Assembly (NCBI GenBank): GCA_963555995.3
Contig: OY821641.1
Span: 1,216,001-1,280,000 of the forward strand
Length of the DNA: 64,000 bases
Origin: Vicinamibacteria bacterium
Lineage (GTDB): Bacteria > Acidobacteriota > Vicinamibacteria > Marinacidobacterales > Marinacidobacteraceae
Direction of reading: 5' to 3'
The notes under the pieces were generated by a model. That model ran no database searches, had not been told where the DNA came from, and saw only the letters and a program-made list of their open reading frames with translations. This document shows positions 18,754 through 31,248 of this stretch, in pieces (within the stretch, counting starts at the first letter, position 1; every line of letters begins with the position of its first letter). Both the position numbers and the translations under genes were made by a program.

Positions 18754-21700
18754 TTACCGCGGGATGCGTCGGCCGGGGGTCCAGGGTACTCCCGCCGCGT
18801 CGGCCTGGGCTTCGAGGCCCGCGAGCTGTACTTCCACCAGGTTGACGAGCTCGGCGTTGGCCGGGCCGAACTGCTCGCGGACGATCTCCACCTGACGACG
18901 GTGGGTGGTGGTGGGGTCCGCCGTGGACCAGAAGGCGCCGACCACCCGCTGGATGCGGTCGCGGATTCCGGGGAGGACCGCCTCCCGGCGGGAGCGGACG
19001 GTGTCGTCGCCGAGGAAACGGATCCGGACGTCCAGGAGCCCGGCGCGGATGGCCGACGCCTGGGAGCGGAGGTCGCCCTCGGCGCCGGACTCATCCATGG
19101 CTTCGGCCAGCGCCTCCACGCGCTCGATCGAGGCGTTCAACGCGGATACCGCCCCAAACACCCGCCGCTGGAGATCCGCGACCTCGCGCTGGAAGGCGTG
19201 GCGCGCCTCGACGTCCACCGGCGGCACGCCCGCTGCGGCCAGCACCTTGGGGGTGAAGGACTGCGGCTCGCCGAGGCGGGTGGCGCCGTTCTCGTCGCGC
19301 CGGACGAGCTCGGCGGTGTAGGTCCCCGGCATCGCGAGCGGCCCGGCGCGCTGCGACCAGTACCCCACCGGTCCCCGCTCGGGGTCCGGATACCGGAGGT
19401 CCCAGGCCACCCGGTGGATCCCGGCCGTCTTCGGTGCGGTGACGCGCCGGACGACGTTCCCTTCCGAGTCACGGATCACCACGAAGACCGCGGGGTCCTC
19501 GGCGCGGTCCTCGGCCCGCAGTTCGTCCCAGCCGGGGTAGGGGAGCGCCTCGCCGGCCGCCGCCTGCGCGCGCTCGCGTTCCCGCCGCCGCTCGCGGACG
19601 CTCAGCGCGCTCTCCTTCAGGTGGTAGGTCACCACCGCCCCGAACGGCGGGTTCGGCGCGGTGTAGAACGCGTCGCCCCGCTGTGACTTCTCGCCGCCGC
19701 CGAGCGGGTTCGCCTCCACGTACATCCAGGGGTCCTTCACCGGGAACACCGCGCCGTCGGCGGCGAGCGCCTCCGCCGACAGGTGCCGGAGCGGCGTGTA
19801 GTCGTCGAGGATGAAGAAGCCGCGCCCGAAGGAGGCCAGCACCAGGTCGTTCTCGCGCGTCTGGATCTCCAGGTCCCGGATCGCGATGGTCGGCAGCCCG
19901 CCCGTGAGCCGCACCCAGCGGTCGCCGCCGTCGAGGGTCGTGAACAGCCCGAATTCGGTACCGAGGAAGAGGAGTCCTTCCTGCCCCGGGTCCTCGACCA
20001 CGCTCCAGGCGAGCTGGTCTTCCGGCAGGTCGCCGGTGATGTCCTCCCAGCTCACGCCGCGGTCGTCGCTCCGCATCACGTAGGGCCGGAAGTCGCCCTC
20101 CTTGTGGTTGTTGAAGACCGCGAACACCGTGTTCTCCCGGTGGCGGGAGGCGTGGAGGTCCGCCACGTAGGTGCGGGGAGGCACGCCCGGGACGGCGTCC
20201 ACCGCCCGCCATTCGAGGCCCCCGTCGCCGGTGATCTGGACCCGCCCGTCGTCCATCCCGGTGTAGAGCAGCCCCTCCACCAGCGGCGACTCGTCGAGCG
20301 CCACCATGTTCCCGTAGGTGGAGGTGAAGACGTTCCGCCAGACCGCGTCGGTGCTCCACGTCCGGCCCATCACCGTCCGCTCGGCGCGGTTGATCCCGCG
20401 GGTCAGGTCGTCGCTGATCGGGACCCAGGTGTTCGCCCGGTCGTCGCTCCGGTAGAGCCGGTTCGCGCCGAAGTAGAGGCGCTGGCCGTTGTGCGGCGAG
20501 ATGATGAGCGGCGCGTCCCAGTTCCACTTGAGCGGCGGGTCGTCGGGCTCGGGTTGCGGCTGGATTTCCATCCGCTCCCCGGTCCGGCGATCGAAGCGGG
20601 CGATCCCGGCGTACTGGTACTGCGCGTAGATGATGTTGGGATCGTCGGGGTCCACCCGCGCCTGGAAGCCGTCGCCGCCGATGACGTCGAGCCAGTCGCT
20701 GTTCAGGATCCCGTGGATGCTGGTCGTCCGCGAGGGGCCGCCGAGGGTGGCGTTGTCCTGTGTTCCCCCATAGACGTTGTAGAACGGGAAGTCGTTGTCA
20801 ATGCCGACCCGGTAGAACTGGGTGAGGGACTGGTTCGCGTGGAACTTCCAGCGCTCGCCGAGGTCCCAGCTCTCGTAGATGCCGCCGTCGGAGCTCATCA
20901 TCAGGTAGTCCGGGTCGTCCGGATCGAACTCGAGGTCGTGGTTGTCCACGTGCTTCCACCGGCTGTTGACCTGGCGCCACGTCGCCCCGTCGTCGTCGGT
21001 CACGTGGGTCCACACGTCCATCGAGTAGATGCGGCCGGGACGGTGGGGGTCCGGGAATATCTCCATGTAGTACTGCGGGTCCACGCAGATGTAGTCGCTC
21101 CGCTTCTCCCAGCTCTCGCCGCGGTCCGTGGAGCGGTAGAAGCCGCTCGCGTCGTCGGAGGCCGCGATCAGCGCGTAGACGACGTCGGGGTTGTGGGGTG
21201 AGATCGCGAGCCCGATGCGGCCGATGTCGTGCCGGTCGGGGGAGGGGAGGCCCTTCGAGAGCTTCCGCCAGGTGGCCCCGCCGTCCTCCGACTTGTGGAT
21301 GCCCCCCTCGGGGCCGCCCGCGACGAGGAGGCCGGTGTGCCGCCGCCGCTGCCACGACGACGCGTAGAGGACGTCGGGGTCCCGGGGATCCATGGCCACC
21401 TGGCTGATCCCGGTGTCCTCGGAGACGTGGAGGACCCGCTCCCAGGTGGCGCCGCCGTCGGTCGTCTTGTAGAGGCCCCGGTCCCCGCCCGCGCGCCAGA
21501 GCGGTCCCTGCGCCGCGACGTAGACCGTCTGCGGGTCGCGCGGGTTGATGACGATGTTCCCGATGTGCTCGGACTCGTCGAGCCCCAGGTGCTCGAAGGA
21601 AGCGCCGGCGTCGCGGCTCCGCCAGACCCCGTTCCCGTAGCCGACCGACCGCTGCCCGTTGTTCTCGCCGGTGCCGAGCCACAGGACATTGGAGTTCGTG

Positions 21701-22005
21701 GGATCCATCACGATCGTCGAGGTCGAATACACCGGGTAGTTCTCGAAGATGGGCTCCCAGGTGGTCCCCCGGTTCGTGGTCTTGAAGGCGTTCCCGGAGG
21801 CGACCGCGACGTACCAGGTCGCCCGGTCGTTCGGGTCAATGGTCACGTCGGCGACCCGGCCGGAACGCGCGGCCGGCCCGATGCCCCGCAGCTCCAGGCC
21901 CGAAAGCAGGTCTTCGGTGATTGCCGGGGCCTCCTGGGCGGGCGCCTGAGGAGCGGCCAGGAGTGCGGCGGCGAAGGCCAATCGGATGAGCGGACTCTGG
22001 CGCAT
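18754..22005 (-). CDS. Secreted VPS10/sortilin-like BNR-repeat glycosyl hydrolase (paralog of 15046-18285)
   Basis: Colinear and highly similar to the neighbouring paralog; identical C-terminus AAGVPWTPGRRIPR. Confidence 0.9.
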   Translation of the reverse strand: MRQSPLIRLAFAAALLAAPQAPAQEAPAITEDLLSGLELRGIGPAARSGRVADVTIDPNDRATWYVAVASGNAFKTTNRGTTWEPIFENYPVYSTSTIVMDPTNSNVLWLGTGENNGQRSVGYGNGVWRSRDAGASFEHLGLDESEHIGNIVINPRDPQTVYVAAQGPLWRAGGDRGLYKTTDGGATWERVLHVSEDTGISQVAMDPRDPDVLYASSWQRRRHTGLLVAGGPEGGIHKSEDGGATWRKLSKGLPSPDRHDIGRIGLAISPHNPDVVYALIAASDDASGFYRSTDRGESWEKRSDYICVDPQYYMEIFPDPHRPGRIYSMDVWTHVTDDDGATWRQVNSRWKHVDNHDLEFDPDDPDYLMMSSDGGIYESWDLGERWKFHANQSLTQFYRVGIDNDFPFYNVYGGTQDNATLGGPSRTTSIHGILNSDWLDVIGGDGFQARVDPDDPNIIYAQYQYAGIARFDRRTGERMEIQPQPEPDDPPLKWNWDAPLIISPHNGQRLYFGANRLYRSDDRANTWVPISDDLTRGINRAERTVMGRTWSTDAVWRNVFTSTYGNMVALDESPLVEGLLYTGMDDGRVQITGDGGLEWRAVDAVPGVPPRTYVADLHASRHRENTVFAVFNNHKEGDFRPYVMRSDDRGVSWEDITGDLPEDQLAWSVVEDPGQEGLLFLGTEFGLFTTLDGGDRWVRLTGGLPTIAIRDLEIQTRENDLVLASFGRGFFILDDYTPLRHLSAEALAADGAVFPVKDPWMYVEANPLGGGEKSQRGDAFYTAPNPPFGAVVTYHLKESALSVRERRRERERAQAAAGEALPYPGWDELRAEDRAEDPAVFVVIRDSEGNVVRRVTAPKTAGIHRVAWDLRYPDPERGPVGYWSQRAGPLAMPGTYTAELVRRDENGATRLGEPQSFTPKVLAAAGVPPVDVEARHAFQREVADLQRRVFGAVSALNASIERVEALAEAMDESGAEGDLRSQASAIRAGLLDVRIRFLGDDTVRSRREAVLPGIRDRIQRVVGAFWSTADPTTTHRRQVEIVREQFGPANAELVNLVEVQLAGLEAQADAAGVPWTPGRRIPR

Positions 22006-22054
22006 GGGTAGATCTCCTGCGGGGGGCCGGTCCGCGACGCGGGACCGACCGGGA

Positions 22055-22966
22055 TCAGTCGGTGAGGGTGCTCACGTGCGCGGTGGCGGCGCGGGCCTGG
22101 CCGTCCACGTTGTAGCCGCCTTCGAGCATGGAGACCAGGCGTCCCTCGCAGTAGTGGTCGGCCACGTCCATCAGGGTCCGGGTCATGCGCGAGAAGACGT
22201 CGTCGGTGCACTCGAAGGAGCCGAGCAGGTCTTCCTTCCGGCTGTCGAACCCGGCCGAGATGATCACGAAGTCGGGCTTGAACTGCTCCACCGCGGGCAG
22301 GAGCGTGCGGTCCCAGGCGCTCAGCATGTCCCGGTCCGTGGCGCCCGGTCCGAGATGGACGTTGAAGTTCGTTCCGGCGCCGTCGCGGGCTCCGCCGAGC
22401 GACGGATCGCCGGTACCCGGGTAGTCGTACCAGTTGTGGGTCGAGAAGAAGAGGACCGAGGGGTCCTCGTAGAAGGCGTTCTGGGTGCCGTTCCCGTGGT
22501 GGTAGTCCCAGTCCACGATCAGCACCTTCTCGTGCCCGTGAGCCCGCTGCGCGTAGCGGGCGGCGACCGCGGCGTTCGAGTAGAAGCAGAAGCCCTCCTC
22601 GGCGCCGGCGTTGTTGGCGTGGTGTCCGGGGGGCCGGATCGCGCAGAACGCGTTCCTGAGCCTTCCCTCGGAGACCTCCCGCACCGCGGCGAGCGCCCCG
22701 GCCACCGCCAGCTCGGCGATCTCCCCGGTGGTGGGGATGCGCCGGACCCGGTCCACGTGGTCGCGGGTGTGGTGTCCGAGCAGGTAGGGCAGGGGATCCG
22801 GCCACTTCTCGACGGGGACGAGGGTCCGGAAGAGACCCGCCGCGTCGAGCGCCTCGCGGATCTTCACGAGGCGAAGCGGCGATTCCGGATGCCCCCGCCG
22901 GATGTTGTGGCGGAGGAACGACTCGCGATAGACGATGCCGGTGGTGGAGGGAGCGGTCTCGGACAT
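22055..22966 (-). CDS. Histone deacetylase family (AcuC/HDAH-like) protein
   Basis: HPESPLRL, RPPGHHA, GFC, DWDYHHGNGTQ, SAGFD, LEGGY. Confidence 0.92.
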   Translation of the reverse strand: MSETAPSTTGIVYRESFLRHNIRRGHPESPLRLVKIREALDAAGLFRTLVPVEKWPDPLPYLLGHHTRDHVDRVRRIPTTGEIAELAVAGALAAVREVSEGRLRNAFCAIRPPGHHANNAGAEEGFCFYSNAAVAARYAQRAHGHEKVLIVDWDYHHGNGTQNAFYEDPSVLFFSTHNWYDYPGTGDPSLGGARDGAGTNFNVHLGPGATDRDMLSAWDRTLLPAVEQFKPDFVIISAGFDSRKEDLLGSFECTDDVFSRMTRTLMDVADHYCEGRLVSMLEGGYNVDGQARAATAHVSTLTD

Positions 22967-23252
22967 GGCCGCAACGATACCGGAGCCTTTCGCGTCGGAG
23001 CGCCAGCCTCCGGCTGGCATCGCGCGGGAGCGCGAAATCCGAGCTGATTGCGTTCCTTCCCGTGAACGTGGGGGCCATGTTCAGTCCTTCTCCGGCAGCG
23101 CCCTGCCGTTCCCGGTTGGGGTCACGCCACGGGGACCGGCTTCGGCGCGCGTTTCGCCGCCTGCGGCCGCGATGCCAGCCAGAGGCCGGCCCAAGTGCTG
23201 TGAAAATGCGGTTCCGGCGCGACGTCAACCAGCGGAAGTGGCGACGCCGGCT

Positions 23253-23415
23253 GGGAACGCCGGTCTTCAGACCGGCACCGCGGGCCGGAGGCCCGCGGAT
23301 GTCGTGCCGGTGTTCACGGTGATGATCCGAGAGCCGAGCGCCACCTCGCGCGGAAGCGTTGTGCCGTGCGCTGCGCTGTCGCGCAGCGCGTGCCGGTCTG
23401 AAGACCGGCGTTCCC
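23253..23415. repeat. REPIN-like element (inverted REP pair enclosing ~110 bp)
   Basis: Starts GGGAACGCCGGTCTTCAGACCGGCA and ends TGCCGGTCTGAAGACCGGCGTTCCC; interior resembles the unit of the 37.6-38.7 kb array. Confidence 0.85.
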
Positions 23416-23541
23416 GGCTGCCTCCGACATTTTCATGACCGGCGAGATGCGCAGGAGCACCGCTCGTGGGCGTGTTTCGCGGTGGGGGACGTGCGAATTT
23501 CCGGGACACCACACTCGCACCTGTTGGTACCGTTTGCGGTC

Positions 23542-24198
23542 GTGCCGCACCGCCACCACCACCGGGGTCACGCCGGCGGGTCGAAGCGGCCCTGGTGGAA
23601 GCGCTTCCGGACGACCGCCGCGATCGGCTACGTGATCCGGCACTACACCGAGCCCCGGAACCGGATGGTGATCGAACGGGCGGGGGTCCGCGCCGGGGAG
23701 CGGGTCGTGGACATCGGTTGCGGGCCGGGCGAATCCGTGGCGCTGGCTGCCGCCGCCGCACCGGGAGTGCGGGTCGTGGGAGTTGATCCGGCGTTCCCCT
23801 TCCGGCTGGCCACGGCGCTCCGCAATCTCGGACGGGGACGGGCGGTGCAGGTGCGCCGCGGCGCCGCGGAACGGCTGCCGGTTCCGGACGGCTGGGCGAC
23901 CCTGGTCGTCTCGATCAACGCCTTCCACCACTGGGAAGACCGGCCCCGGGGTCTGGCCGAGGTGCGCCGGGCGCTCGCGCCGGGGGGCAGGCTGGTGCTC
24001 GTGGACGAGGACTTCCCGGACGATCACCAGCACACCCGTTTCCACCGGGAGGCCGGTGAGGACGCCCCGGTGGACGCCGGAAATCCAGTGGTCCGGAAGT
24101 GGCTTGCAGCTCTCGGGTTCGGCGATCTCACCCTCGACCGGGTTGAGGACGCCGGCGGTACGCCGCACCACGTGTTGTGTGCCGTGCGGGCGACCTGA
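23542..24198 (+). CDS. Class I SAM-dependent methyltransferase
   Basis: VVDIGCGPG, AERLP, INAFHHW, RALAPGG; start estimated. Confidence 0.85.
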   Translation: MPHRHHHRGHAGGSKRPWWKRFRTTAAIGYVIRHYTEPRNRMVIERAGVRAGERVVDIGCGPGESVALAAAAAPGVRVVGVDPAFPFRLATALRNLGRGRAVQVRRGAAERLPVPDGWATLVVSINAFHHWEDRPRGLAEVRRALAPGGRLVLVDEDFPDDHQHTRFHREAGEDAPVDAGNPVVRKWLAALGFGDLTLDRVEDAGGTPHHVLCAVRAT

Positions 24199-24474
24199 GC
24201 AAGCCCACGCCAGTTCCGACCAATCCACGATGCATCGTGGAATGGTCACGACCATTCCGCGACATCGTCTGTCCTTCGCGCAGTCCAACGGCGCCATTTC
24301 ACGGGGCTGCGACTCGTGCTCCCGCTCTCGGAGGTGCGCTACCGCGAGACTCGGCCGGCGTTGCCAGCCGTACGCGCCGTGGGGGGCGGGTGAAGTTACG
24401 ACGTGCGCGGTCCGGAGCACCGCGCGTGCCGGTCTGGAGACCGGCGTTCCAAGCCGTTTCCGCCAATCCCGACC

Positions 24475-24560
24475 TGGTGCCGAAGGGGGGACTCGAACCC
24501 CCACGGGATCACTCCCATACGCCCCTCAAGCGCACGTGTCTACCATTCCACCACTTCGGC
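24475..24560 (-). tRNA. tRNA-Leu(GAG)
   Basis: Reverse complement GCCGAAGTGGTGGAATGGTAGACACGTGCGCTTGAGGGGCGTA...GGTTCGAGTCCCCCCTTCGGCACCA; long variable arm; usual position after secG. Confidence 0.95.
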
Positions 24561-24633
24561 AGCGGTGAGGACCGGCGGGAATCTCCGGCCGCCGGACCCG
24601 GAATTATAGGTTCGGTCGAGCCGCGGGTCCCGA

Positions 24634-25017
24634 TCAGGATCCGGGCTCGGGCTCCTCGCTTTGTTCCCCGGACTCGGAGGCTTCCGGATCTCCGGGTTCC
24701 CCGGCCGGATCATCGGCTGGCGCCGGTGTCTCGGCCGCCGGAGCCGGAATCGCCACGCCCCCTCCGGGCACCACGGTCTGGGATTCCGGATCGTCCTGCA
24801 CGTAGCCGAGGAGCAGGGAGGTGACCATGAAGGTGGCCGCGACCACCGCGGTCACCTTGGTCAGCAGGGTCGCCGTTCCCCGGGCGCCGAACGCCGCCTG
24901 GCTGCCGGCGCCGCCGAAGGCGCTGGCGAGATCCTGGCCCTTGCCCTGCTGGGTGAGCACGACAAGGATGAGGAAGAAACAGACGAGGATGTGGACGATG
25001 GTGAGCAGGATGGTCAT
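24634..25017 (-). CDS. secG: Preprotein translocase subunit SecG
   Basis: VLTQQGKGQDLASAFGGAGSQAAFGARG, two TM segments. Confidence 0.95.
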   Translation of the reverse strand: MTILLTIVHILVCFFLILVVLTQQGKGQDLASAFGGAGSQAAFGARGTATLLTKVTAVVAATFMVTSLLLGYVQDDPESQTVVPGGGVAIPAPAAETPAPADDPAGEPGDPEASESGEQSEEPEPGS

Positions 25018-25083
25018 TTCTCTGGATTCCGGTTTCGGGGCCGGGCCTGTTCCAAGCGGCGGCCCAGGCGCCCGATGCGCCGC

Positions 25084-25846
<763 letters not shown>

Positions 25847-25854
<8 letters not shown>

Positions 25855-27034
25855 CGGCGAGGGCCTCCACCCCCGGGAGCGGTTCTTCGGCGAGAAAGGC
25901 GAGGGATGCCCCGCCGCCGGTCGAGAGGTGGCTGATCCGACCGGACAGTCCCGAGCGCCGCACCGCGGCGAGCGAGTCTCCCCCGCCCACGATGCTGGTG
26001 GCGCCCCGGCCGGTCGCGTCGGCCACCGCGCGCGCCAACGCCGTCGTCCCTTCCGCGAAGCGCGGATCTTCGAAAAGGCCCATGGGCCCGTTCCAGACGA
26101 TCGTCGCCGCGCCCCGGAGGTGGGCGGCGAAGGCGGCTCGCGATGCCGGGCCGATGTCGAGCCCCATCCAGTCGGCCGCGACCTCCCCGATGGGAAGGGT
26201 GCGCACGGGACCGGTGTCGGGGGCCAGAGCCGTGCAGTGGTCCGTGGGGAGCACCAGGCGGTCGCCGTGGGCTCCGAGGAGCTTCCCGGCCTCGGCGACC
26301 CGGTCGCGCTCGACGAGCGACCGGCCGGTCGGGAGCCCCTGCGCGGCGGTGAAGGTGTAGGCCATCGCCCCCCCGATCAGGACGCGGTCGGCGCGGCCGA
26401 GCAGCGAGCGGATGACCGGCAGCTTGTCGGACACCTTGGCGCCGCCGAGGATCGCGACGAACGGGCGCGGCGGGTCGTCCAGCGCCGACCCGAGCGCGGC
26501 TAACTCGGTCTGCATGAGCGGGCCGGCCGCGGCCCGGGGAAACCGGCGGGCGCAGGCGTCCACCGAGGCGTGCGCCCGATGGGCGGCCCCGAAGGCGTCG
26601 TTGACGTACTCATCGCCACAGGCCGCGAGCGCTTCCGCGAAGGCGGGATCGTTGGCGGTCTCGCCCGGGTGGAACCGCAGGTTCTCCAGCAAAAGGACAT
26701 CACCCGGCGCGAGCCGGGGCGGGGCGCCGGTCTCCGCCCCGACCGGTTCCGGCTGAAACCGCACGGATTCCTCGAGCAGCTCCTGAAGCCGCGCCGCGAC
26801 CGGCCGCAGGCTGAGCCCCGGATCCGGGTTCCCCCGGGGCCGTCCCAGATGGGAGGTCACCACGACGCCCGCTCCCGCACGGCGGGCCTCCCGGATGGCG
26901 GGGAGCGCCGCCCGGATCCGGCTGTCGTCGCTGACCGCGCCGCCCGCCAGCGGCACGTTCAGATCGGCCCGGAGGAGCAACCGCCGGCCGCGCAGGTTGA
27001 GGTCCGCGAGGGTCAACTTACGGGTGGGGCGCAC
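25847..27034 (-). CDS. pgk: Phosphoglycerate kinase
   Basis: RADLNVPL, SHLGRP, LLENLRF, NDAFGAAHR, GGAKVSDK, WNGPMGLFE, STGGGASL; GTG start estimated. Confidence 0.97.
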
Positions 27035-27096
27035 GGCGGGGCGAACGATACCCGCCGCCGCCGGCGAGTGGTAAGGTCCGCCGCCCCACACGCGGC

Positions 27097-27306
27097 TCAG
27101 GTTTCCGGTCGGGCGGTTCGCCGTCCTGCCGGACGAAGAGGGAACCGGGTGCGAATCCCGGACGGCCCACGCCACTGTGATCGGAATGCCCTTTCCGGGC
27201 CTCCCCGCTTCGGCGGGGCGGCAACCACTCCCGGCGCCTGCCGGGGGGAAGGTGGGAAGGGTGGATGTCCCCTGGACATCCGGTCCGTAAGTCAGGAGAC
27301 CTGCCC
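27097..27306 (+). ncRNA. Cobalamin riboswitch
   Basis: AAGAGGGAACCGGGTGCGAATCCCGGACGGCCCACGCCACTGTGA...GGGAAGG...AAGTCAGGAGACCTGCC (B12 box), upstream of a TonB receptor. Confidence 0.92.
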
Positions 27307-27352
27307 GGAGCCCGAACCCCAACACACCTCTTCGCTGGGAAGGGAGCGGTTC

Positions 27353-29755
27353 ATGAGACGTACGCACTTCCAATCCGCCTCGGCCGGCGCGGCCGGTTTC
27401 CGGCCGGCCCTGCCGTTCGCCCTGGCGGCGCTGCTGGCGCCGGCGGTCCTCGCCGCGGCGGACCTCCGGGTCGTCGTCCTGGGTCCGGACGGCGAGCCGG
27501 CGGTGGGCGCTCTCGTCGTCGCCGACTCCGTTGCCGGGGAGAGCCGGGTCTCCGCGATCACCGGCGACGACGGGAGCGCCCGGATCGAGGGAGTCCCGGA
27601 CGGCCGGTACCTGGTCTCCGCCCGCTCCAGCGACCTCTCGGCGGCGCCGATGGAAGTCACGCTGTCCGACGCCGCCGCGGGCGCCGTCGAGCTGGCGCTC
27701 CGGTTCACCGCGGTCCGCGAGTCGGTGGTGGTGTCCGCCGCGCTCGGGGCGCGCCGCGAGGGGGAGTCCGGCACCTTCGTGGACACGCTCTCCGCCGACG
27801 CCCTGCGGGACCGGGACGAGTGGTTCCTGCTCGAAGGACTTCGGGGCATGCCCGGAACGCTCGTTTACCAGACCGGGAGCCAGGGACAGCAGGTCGCCCT
27901 CCGCTTCCGGGGACTGCCGGCCCAGGCGACCGCGGTGGTGGTGGACGGCGCGCCGCTCCGGGATGCCTCGGGACCCCAGTCGGATGCGACCGCGCTGCTG
28001 CCGTCGCTCTCGGTGCTCGGGGTGGACCGGGTGGAGATCCGCCGCGGCGGCGGCTCGACCATCTACGGCTCGAACGGGATGGGAGGGGTGCTCCACGTCG
28101 TCACCCGGTCGGAGTCCGCTCCCGACCGGCTGCGGTTCTCCGCGGGCCTCGGGGAGTACGGCCACGCGGCGGCGAGCGGCGAAGTGGGCGCCGGCGGCCC
28201 GCGCGGCGGGGTCTCCGCCGGATTCAGCCGGCTCGCGGTGAGCGAGGGCGCGGACGGGGACGACCCGTTCACGAACCACACCGGGATCGCGCGCGCCGGA
28301 TTCCGCCTGACCGACTCGCTGTGGGTGACCGCGCGCTCGCTGTTCTCGCTGGCCACCGTGGGTCTGAACGAGAGTCCGTTCCCCCTCGGGTCCGCGGGAC
28401 CGGGGATCACGGAGGCGGCGCCGGTTCCGGAAGCGGCCGTCCGCGGCTACGAGGCGGGGACCCCGCTCGAGGGTCTCGACCTCGGGGCCGGCAACTTCAT
28501 GCCCTCCGTGAACGATCCCGACAACAGCCAGGAGACGCGGTTCCTTTCGACGCTGGTCGCGCTGCGGGGATCGGCCGGTCCGGACCTCGCCTGGAACCTC
28601 CGGCTCCACGACCTGCGCACCCGCCGCGCGAACGAGGACGGACCGGCCGGGGTCAACCCGTTCGATCCGCCGTCGCCCTCCACGCTGGTGCACGAGGGCG
28701 AGGTGCGGAGCGGCGCCGCCCGGGTCGAGCTGTTTCGGGGACCGGTCCGCGTGGTCACCGGCGGGGAGTTCGAGGCCGAGCGGGCGGCGACCACCGACCC
28801 CGGCTTCGAAACCCGGCTCCGCCAGACCAGCGCCGCCGCCTTCGTGCAGGCGGAGGGGGGAACCGCCGACGGACGGGCGGCGCTGCGCGGCGCCGTGCGG
28901 GCCCAGCGGTTCTCCACGGCGTCGCCGGAACTGATCCCCGTGGAGGGAAGCCCCTGGCGGGACGCCGCGCCGCCGCCGGAGGCGGGCGCCGTCACCGGGG
29001 AGGCGGCGGGCTCGTTCGCGGTCGCTCCTGGTCTCCGGCTCCGGGCGTCGGCGGGACGCGGGTTCCGGGCCCCGTCGCTCTACGAGCGGTTCGGGACCTG
29101 GTACTCCAGCTTCGGCTACTCGGTGTTCGGCGACCCGCGGCTGAACCCGGAATACACCACCACGATGGACGCCGGGTTTTCCGCCGCGTCGGAGGACGGC
29201 CGCCACGAGTTGCGGGGAGCGTGGTTCCGGTCGGAGCGCGGCCGCATCATCGCGTTCGGGTCTCTCGACTTCGCGTCCGACCCGTTCGGACGGTTCGCGG
29301 GCTACGAGAACACCGAGGGGGGAGTCGCCCGGGGCGCGGAGCTGAGCTACCGGGTGACGCTCCCCGGCCGCACCCGGGCGCAGTTTCACTACACCTTCAC
29401 GGACGCCGACCCGCCGGCGAACGCTCCGGACGAGCTGGCGTCGGACTGGCTCGTGCCGCACCACCAGGGCGGGGCGCTGCTCTCGGGCTCGGTGGGCGAG
29501 CGGCTCCGCTGGAGCGCCGATCTCCTGCTTTCCTCGCACATCCACGCCCCGCTCTTCGACCCCGACACCTTCGCGTCGCGGGTGTTCCGGTTCGCGGGGA
29601 TGCGCCGCCTCGACGTGGCGCTCGCCTTCGAGGCGGCCCGCGGAGTGACCGTGCGCGCGCTCGTCCAGGACGCCTTCGACGATGCGGCCTACCAGAGCGG
29701 GGGCTTTCGTCCGCTGGGGCGGGTGGCCCGGGTCAACCTGGAGTGGAGCCGATAG
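27353..29755 (+). CDS. TonB-dependent receptor, BtuB-like (cobalamin uptake)
   Basis: Signal peptide, plug motif RVEIRRGGGSTIYGSNGMGGV, FRAPSLYERF; downstream of the B12 riboswitch. Confidence 0.88.
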   Translation: MRRTHFQSASAGAAGFRPALPFALAALLAPAVLAAADLRVVVLGPDGEPAVGALVVADSVAGESRVSAITGDDGSARIEGVPDGRYLVSARSSDLSAAPMEVTLSDAAAGAVELALRFTAVRESVVVSAALGARREGESGTFVDTLSADALRDRDEWFLLEGLRGMPGTLVYQTGSQGQQVALRFRGLPAQATAVVVDGAPLRDASGPQSDATALLPSLSVLGVDRVEIRRGGGSTIYGSNGMGGVLHVVTRSESAPDRLRFSAGLGEYGHAAASGEVGAGGPRGGVSAGFSRLAVSEGADGDDPFTNHTGIARAGFRLTDSLWVTARSLFSLATVGLNESPFPLGSAGPGITEAAPVPEAAVRGYEAGTPLEGLDLGAGNFMPSVNDPDNSQETRFLSTLVALRGSAGPDLAWNLRLHDLRTRRANEDGPAGVNPFDPPSPSTLVHEGEVRSGAARVELFRGPVRVVTGGEFEAERAATTDPGFETRLRQTSAAAFVQAEGGTADGRAALRGAVRAQRFSTASPELIPVEGSPWRDAAPPPEAGAVTGEAAGSFAVAPGLRLRASAGRGFRAPSLYERFGTWYSSFGYSVFGDPRLNPEYTTTMDAGFSAASEDGRHELRGAWFRSERGRIIAFGSLDFASDPFGRFAGYENTEGGVARGAELSYRVTLPGRTRAQFHYTFTDADPPANAPDELASDWLVPHHQGGALLSGSVGERLRWSADLLLSSHIHAPLFDPDTFASRVFRFAGMRRLDVALAFEAARGVTVRALVQDAFDDAAYQSGGFRPLGRVARVNLEWSR

Positions 29756-29829
29756 CGCGCATGGAGTTCCGGTTCGCTGTGCAAATGCAGTCCCGCGGGT
29801 CGTCCAGGCGCCGTGATGGCGCCGCCGGC

Positions 29830-29988
29830 TGGGAACGCCGGCTTCAGCCGGCACCCGCTGCGCGGAGCGCAGCGGACTGCACGACGCTGTCCCGCACGAT
29901 GGTTCGGCTCTCGGTCCATCGTCGGAAACAGCGGCACGACATCCGCGGGCCTTCGGCCCGCTGTGCCGGTCTGAAGACCGGCGCTCCC
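29830..29988. repeat. REPIN-like element (reverse orientation)
   Basis: GGGAACGCCGGCTTCAGCCGGCA ... TGCCGGTCTGAAGACCGGCGCTCCC. Confidence 0.8.
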
Positions 29989-29993
29989 GGCCG

Positions 29994-31100
<1,107 letters not shown>

Positions 31101-31133
31101 TTATTAGACATTAGATAATCATAGTCTACTTAC

Positions 31134-31162
31134 TTGATATATACGATCAATGCTGTTATATT
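31134..31162 (+). promoter_or_regulatory. Putative sigma70 promoter of hsp20 with an overlapping inverted repeat
   Basis: TTGATA-17 bp-TATATT with extended TG; TTGAT-N7-ATCAA palindrome overlaps the -35; AT-rich patch. Confidence 0.6.
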
Positions 31163-31248
31163 CCTTGCGTCAGGCGGCGCCGGTCGCCTGACGGGCGCCG
31201 GGAACGGCCCCCAACAGCTTCCCGCCCGACACTCAAGGAGAAAACAAC

